Shown here in pieces: positions 59,631-64,000 of a DNA stretch of 64,000 nt. Numbering within the stretch: position 1 is the stretch's first letter; each line of letters begins with the position of its first letter. The position numbers and the translations under genes are program-made. The stretch is from Thermoplasmata archaeon. Lineage in GTDB: Archaea; Thermoplasmatota; Thermoplasmata; Thermoplasmatales; ARK-15. The stretch is from assembly GCA_039794005.1 (NCBI GenBank), contig JBAMMA010000020.1:9188-73187 (forward strand), written 5' to 3'. The notes beneath the pieces are model-generated. The model searched no databases and had not been told where the DNA came from. It was given only the letters and a program-made list of their open reading frames with translations.

Positions 59631-61164
59631 TTTTATCACGTCTCCTGATAACATATAATATAGCCCAGGAACCCAATATTAATACTATCAGTTCTACCAT
59701 GATTATCAATATGGATAACCATGGAGTTATTGGATCCGGAGTTATTACTTGCCAGTATTGAATTAAACCATAAATAACCCAGGGATGTCTACCCGCTTCT
59801 CTAACTGCCCATCCAGATGATGCCGCTATTATTCCCAATATTGGGGCTATTAAAGAGGCATAGGATATAAATTGAGTAATATCCATTCTAAAAATCATTT
59901 TTATTATACTTTCTATCCATTTTATATAAAATCCAAAATATATTATAGCAAAAATGAATAATATAATCCCTGATATTACCATGGACCAATAAACGTAAAA
60001 TGCCCATGGTTGGAATTGATTTTCAATGTATAAAATGGAATTTATTGCATTTGTTGGATCCAAAGAATTCTTGGCTAAACTCAAAAGATAATTATATCCT
60101 TTAAAATAATAATTTGGATTTCCATATAGCAACATACCCATTATTGGATCTTTACCACCATTTGGGCCAAAACCCTCTAATGCCAGGAATTTTAAGTATT
60201 GAAATTGATAAACAATTCTTCCCATATAATCTCCTGATATTGGAATTAATATTGAGGCTATTGCACCAACTCCGAAGGATACCCTTATCAACTTTTTCCT
60301 ATATCCTGAGAAATCCCTATTTCTAATCATGTCCAGACCCAGGAAAGCGCTAGCCTCAAATGATGATATTACTATTGTTGCCAGGACAGTGTGGAAAAAG
60401 GTAGCATAAAGATCTGGATTATAAAGAACAACCCATTGATTATACAGTATGGTTCCAGTTGATAAAAATAAACCTGAAGATGCCAGAGACAATGTGTGGT
60501 ATTTATTTAAATATTCATATAACGATAACAGTGCATTTGTATTCACGTAATTTGGTCCATAGGTTGGAGACCAGGGTAAAATCTGGCTAACCAAATTCCC
60601 TGTTCCCCAGGGGACGTTCATGAATGCATTTACTGCCAAAATCATGTAAGCCGATAAGTTTGAACCAAATGCCAATATTATTCCCAAAATAAAATGCCAA
60701 TATGATGGTCTATTAATATCCCATGTAAATAGGTATACAACCACAAAAACAATCTCCAGCATAAAGGCATAAAGTTCTAAAGTTAGTGGAGCAAAGAAAA
60801 ATGTGGCTATAGCAAGAAGTGTACCTGACCATACTTGAACAAGTCCAAACTCCACCAGTGTTCCTGTTGCTGCCCCTATACCAAATGATATTCCCCAGAC
60901 AAGGCTAAGAGTTTTCGCCGCATTCAAGTATGTTTTATCGCTTTTTCTAATCCCCAAAAATTCGTATGTCAGAACAAGGTATGGCAAACCAACCGCAAAT
61001 GTAAGAAAAAATCCATGAACATAAATTCCTAATATCGTCATTGGTTCAGCTGCATTCGCATTATTTTGTAAGTAGCTAGTTGATAATGTCTCGGATAAAG
61101 ATAATGAAGATATCGAAAAAAATGCAAACAATAAAATAAATAAATATAATTGTTTATTCCTCAT
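59623..61164 (-). CDS. cydA: Cytochrome bd-type quinol oxidase subunit I
   Basis: VHGFF, GAATGT..EF, E..AFMLE, N.FM..P.G, FFHT, GD..G, GWAVREAGRHPW. Confidence 0.92.
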   Translation of the reverse strand: MRNKQLYLFILLFAFFSISSLSLSETLSTSYLQNNANAAEPMTILGIYVHGFFLTFAVGLPYLVLTYEFLGIRKSDKTYLNAAKTLSLVWGISFGIGAATGTLVEFGLVQVWSGTLLAIATFFFAPLTLELYAFMLEIVFVVVYLFTWDINRPSYWHFILGIILAFGSNLSAYMILAVNAFMNVPWGTGNLVSQILPWSPTYGPNYVNTNALLSLYEYLNKYHTLSLASSGLFLSTGTILYNQWVVLYNPDLYATFFHTVLATIVISSFEASAFLGLDMIRNRDFSGYRKKLIRVSFGVGAIASILIPISGDYMGRIVYQFQYLKFLALEGFGPNGGKDPIMGMLLYGNPNYYFKGYNYLLSLAKNSLDPTNAINSILYIENQFQPWAFYVYWSMVISGIILFIFAIIYFGFYIKWIESIIKMIFRMDITQFISYASLIAPILGIIAASSGWAVREAGRHPWVIYGLIQYWQVITPDPITPWLSILIIMVELIVLILGSWAILYVIRRRDKND

Positions 61165-61202
61165 ATATTATCCAATTAAAAATTAAATATATAAAAATTG
61201 AT

Positions 61203-61400
61203 TCATCCTCCTGAAAAGACCCTCAACAATTCTATATATCTGGAATCTTCAACATATTCATCCTCAGGCACAGGTTTCCCATCTATTAAAATAATATATG
61301 CATCAGGATTCAACGAAAGCTCTCTTAATATTTCTATTATCTTTCTATTTCCTTTCACCGTGAATTCCTTGTTATCGTTTATTATTCTTAATCTTGTCAT
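61203..61400 (-). CDS. MoaD/ThiS ubiquitin-like sulfur carrier (SAMP)
   Basis: 65 aa beta-grasp ending in VFSGG. Confidence 0.88.
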   Translation of the reverse strand: MTRLRIINDNKEFTVKGNRKIIEILRELSLNPDAYIILIDGKPVPEDEYVEDSRYIELLRVFSGG

Positions 61401-61435
61401 CAGTGATATTATATATCTTTATCTATTTTTAGTTT

Positions 61436-62647
61436 TCATTTTATTATTTGGCCAATTAAATAATATGGTGTTGTGTCCTTAACATATACATTATACCAGG
61501 CACCAATCTTAGCCTCATTCAAAATTACTGGACGATAGAAGGGTGTCCTTGCCAAATAACCTTCCTTACCCTTTTCTGTAACTAATACTTGAAATTCTTT
61601 TCCGACCAAAATTTCATTCCTCTTTAAACTTATATCCCTATGCAAATCGGTCAAATATGAAGACCTGTTTTTTGAATCTATAGATCTTGGCATTTTCAAT
61701 CTATATGCAGGGGTATTTGGCCTTGGAGAATATCTCGTTATGTTTAAAATGTCAGGCTTTACATATTCGACCAGTCTTACGGTTTCTTCAAATGATTCAT
61801 CATCCTCACCAGGAAAACCCGTTATTATATCTGTAGAAAAAGTATAATTTTCAAATTTTGATCTAATTTCATCTATTAAATTTTTAATATCTTGTATATT
61901 ATATTTTCTGTTCATTAATTTTAAAACCCTTTCACTCCCGCTTTGAATTGGAATATGGAAAAACTTGAATGTTTTTTTGTTTATTAAAAATGATTTTAAT
62001 AATTCATCCTTAATTCTCAATAAATTAGAAGGTTCCATCATTCCAACCCTGATCATAAAATCTCCATCAATTTCATTTATTTTATTTAATAATAATGCTA
62101 AATTTGAATTTATATCGATTCCATAAGCTGCCGCATCCAATGCACTTATCCTAATTTCTTTAAAACCTCTTGAAATGGCAATTTTTACCCTTTCAAGAAT
62201 ATAATCAATCTCTTTACTTTTTATATAACCCCTCGATAATCTTGAGATGCAATAAGTACAATATCCATTGCATCCCTGGGCTATAGGTATTGTATATGTG
62301 CTCTCTATATTGTATATGTTGTGATTTGGATTTAATTCAAAATCGATTGTATTTTTTTCTCCGATCTTTAATGGATAAACATTTTTTATATTTTTAATTC
62401 TATCCTCCCTTACAGTAGGCAAACAACCATAAACTATAACAGGCTTGTTATACCTGCTTAATTCCTCCACCCTCTTTACCATGTGATTTTCAGTGTGCTG
62501 TATTACAACACATGTCCCAATGAGAATTCTATCGGCATCTTCCGGATATTCTGTTAAAGTATATCCTCTATCTAAATAATTTTCTAATATTTCAACGGTT
62601 TCGGCCTGATTGAGGCTGCATCCATATTTTTCAAAATATATTTTCAT
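61436..62647 (-). CDS. tRNA t6A37 methylthiotransferase (archaeal e-MtaB/CDKAL1-type radical SAM)
   Basis: YGCSLN, TCVV, GC (UPF0004); GCNGYCTYC; TDIITGFPGE; TRAM domain. Confidence 0.9.
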   Translation of the reverse strand: MKIYFEKYGCSLNQAETVEILENYLDRGYTLTEYPEDADRILIGTCVVIQHTENHMVKRVEELSRYNKPVIVYGCLPTVREDRIKNIKNVYPLKIGEKNTIDFELNPNHNIYNIESTYTIPIAQGCNGYCTYCISRLSRGYIKSKEIDYILERVKIAISRGFKEIRISALDAAAYGIDINSNLALLLNKINEIDGDFMIRVGMMEPSNLLRIKDELLKSFLINKKTFKFFHIPIQSGSERVLKLMNRKYNIQDIKNLIDEIRSKFENYTFSTDIITGFPGEDDESFEETVRLVEYVKPDILNITRYSPRPNTPAYRLKMPRSIDSKNRSSYLTDLHRDISLKRNEILVGKEFQVLVTEKGKEGYLARTPFYRPVILNEAKIGAWYNVYVKDTTPYYLIGQIIK

Positions 62648-62655
62648 GTTTACTG

Positions 62656-63804
62656 TTATTTTACATTATCATAAATTGTATTCCACATTTTATTAGCAAG
62701 TTTACCATCATATAAATATTTTTCCAACCTGTCCTTATATTTTTCCCTTTTTTCCCTAAAATCAATTAAAAATTCGTTAATTTTTTCAATCAAAATATTT
62801 TTTAATTCTCCAGTCAACAATTCACCCTTTCTGTAAGAAATTTCAATCTCTTTGATCCTATCATCATCCTCTTCAAACATCATGTATAGCCATTGAAAGG
62901 ATACATCAATATCTGGATTTCCACCGTATTTCCTATGCTCTTCAATGGTTGGTTGTCCTCCAGAAAATGCATATTTCATTATTTTCTTTTTTACAATTTC
63001 CGGTGAATCATTTAAATAGATTGCGGTCTCTGGAATTGACGAACTCATTTTTCCCTCAATTCCCGATAATGGAGGCAAAAACTTGCTGTGTATTACCGAA
63101 GCTTTATATTTTCCTATTGAATCTGCGATATCTCTTTGAATCCTCCAATATGGATCCTGATCAATTGCCTCTGGAATTAAACATCTGTTGTTTTCAAAAA
63201 AGGTAGGTACCAATTGCAATGTTGGATAAAAAATCATTCCTATATTTGTACTCTCCTTAAATCCAAAAACAGCTTTTACAGTTGAAAAATTAATCTTCTT
63301 GGCTATCCTTAACGCTAATTTATACATGTTTTTAATGTATTCGGTATCAAAAAATACAAATGTTTTATCCTCATCAAATCCCAATGATATTATATCCAAT
63401 GTATTTTCAATTGCATATTTTTTTGTATCCTTTAAATCGAGGGTATCTGAATGAAGATATTTTTCATCATCTGTGATTTCTATATAGACGTTTACATTGA
63501 ATTTGTCTTGAAACCATTTCGTCAAAATAAATGGAAGAAGATGTCCAATATGCATTGGACCTGATGGTCCTCTACCAGTATAAATGAAAAATGTTCTACC
63601 ATTTTTTATATCTTCTATAATCTTGTCAAAATCCCTGTGTGAAAAAAATACATTTCTTCTGAAAAAGAGATGCAAATCTCCAGATAAATTTTTTAAATCG
63701 TTCAATAAATCGTTGGTCAATTTTTGAGTACCAAATTTTTCAATCAATTTTTCGTAATCTATCTTTCCAGAAACATCCCATGGGGATACTTCAAATTCAT
63801 CCAT
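62656..63804 (-). CDS. trpS: Tryptophan--tRNA ligase (archaeal/eukaryotic type)
   Basis: V.PW.V, YTGRGPSG.MHIGH, IDQDPYWR, KMSSS, AFSGG. Confidence 0.97.
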   Translation of the reverse strand: MDEFEVSPWDVSGKIDYEKLIEKFGTQKLTNDLLNDLKNLSGDLHLFFRRNVFFSHRDFDKIIEDIKNGRTFFIYTGRGPSGPMHIGHLLPFILTKWFQDKFNVNVYIEITDDEKYLHSDTLDLKDTKKYAIENTLDIISLGFDEDKTFVFFDTEYIKNMYKLALRIAKKINFSTVKAVFGFKESTNIGMIFYPTLQLVPTFFENNRCLIPEAIDQDPYWRIQRDIADSIGKYKASVIHSKFLPPLSGIEGKMSSSIPETAIYLNDSPEIVKKKIMKYAFSGGQPTIEEHRKYGGNPDIDVSFQWLYMMFEEDDDRIKEIEISYRKGELLTGELKNILIEKINEFLIDFREKREKYKDRLEKYLYDGKLANKMWNTIYDNVK

Positions 63805-63822
63805 ATCTAATCACATATTTAA

Positions 63823-63895
63823 CAGCCCCGGGCAGATTCGAACTGCCGTCGCAGGATCCAAAGTCCCGCATGCTTGGCCACTACACCACGGGGCT
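63823..63895 (-). tRNA. tRNA-Gln (TTG)
   Basis: AGCCCCG/CGGGGCT acceptor (A1-U72); CGGGA-CTTTGGA-TCCTG; TTCGAAT. Confidence 0.97.
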
Positions 63896-64000
63896 AATTT
63901 ATGGTTATAACAAAAAAATTTATAAAATTAACTATTAAGACTTTATTTAAAAAAATATTTATTGAAGATTTTGAATCGTATATTCGCCGGTTTTAAGATT

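Noticed and set aside
1-64000. CRISPR arrays, rRNA, IS elements, Sec/Pyl readthrough
   Set aside because: No regularly spaced repeats, GC-rich rRNA-length tracts, transposases or in-frame stops splitting conserved domains were seen by eye

Overview
Gene-dense, very AT-rich archaeal chromosome segment. Archaeal markers are the archaeal-type SAM synthetase, ThrRS, ProRS and TrpRS, Rpp21, TATA/BRE promoters and GGTGA Shine-Dalgarno sites inside operons. The gene repertoire most resembles Thermoplasmatota (inference). The window holds about 62 CDS, three tRNAs (Lys-CTT, a CAT tRNA that is probably Ile2, Gln-TTG) and a box C/D guide sRNA whose D guide points at 16S rRNA C1402 (E. coli numbering). 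Most of it is housekeeping (gcvPA/PB, panE, thyX, idsA, thrS, ileS, mat, proS, trpS). Highlights: (i) a B12 acyl-CoA mutase operon whose active-site residues (Phe/Gln) indicate isobutyryl-CoA mutase rather than methylmalonyl-CoA mutase; (ii) an 11-gene oxidative-stress cluster that includes a rubredoxin missing from the ORF track, overlapping a 2-oxoacid:ferredoxin oxidoreductase, plus a ferroxidase-degenerate DPSL-like protein; (iii) a Cys-free CysD-like gene, a Thr-type sulfatase-fold gene, a glycosyltransferase, DsrE and TauE, which may form a glycan sulfation module; (iv) a pilin-signal/PKD/GH18 fusion; (v) a CydAA' oxidase; (vi) a bacterial class I GAPDH; (vii) a frameshifted CAAX protease and several operator palindromes. 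No CRISPR array, rRNA, transposase or integrase was seen.
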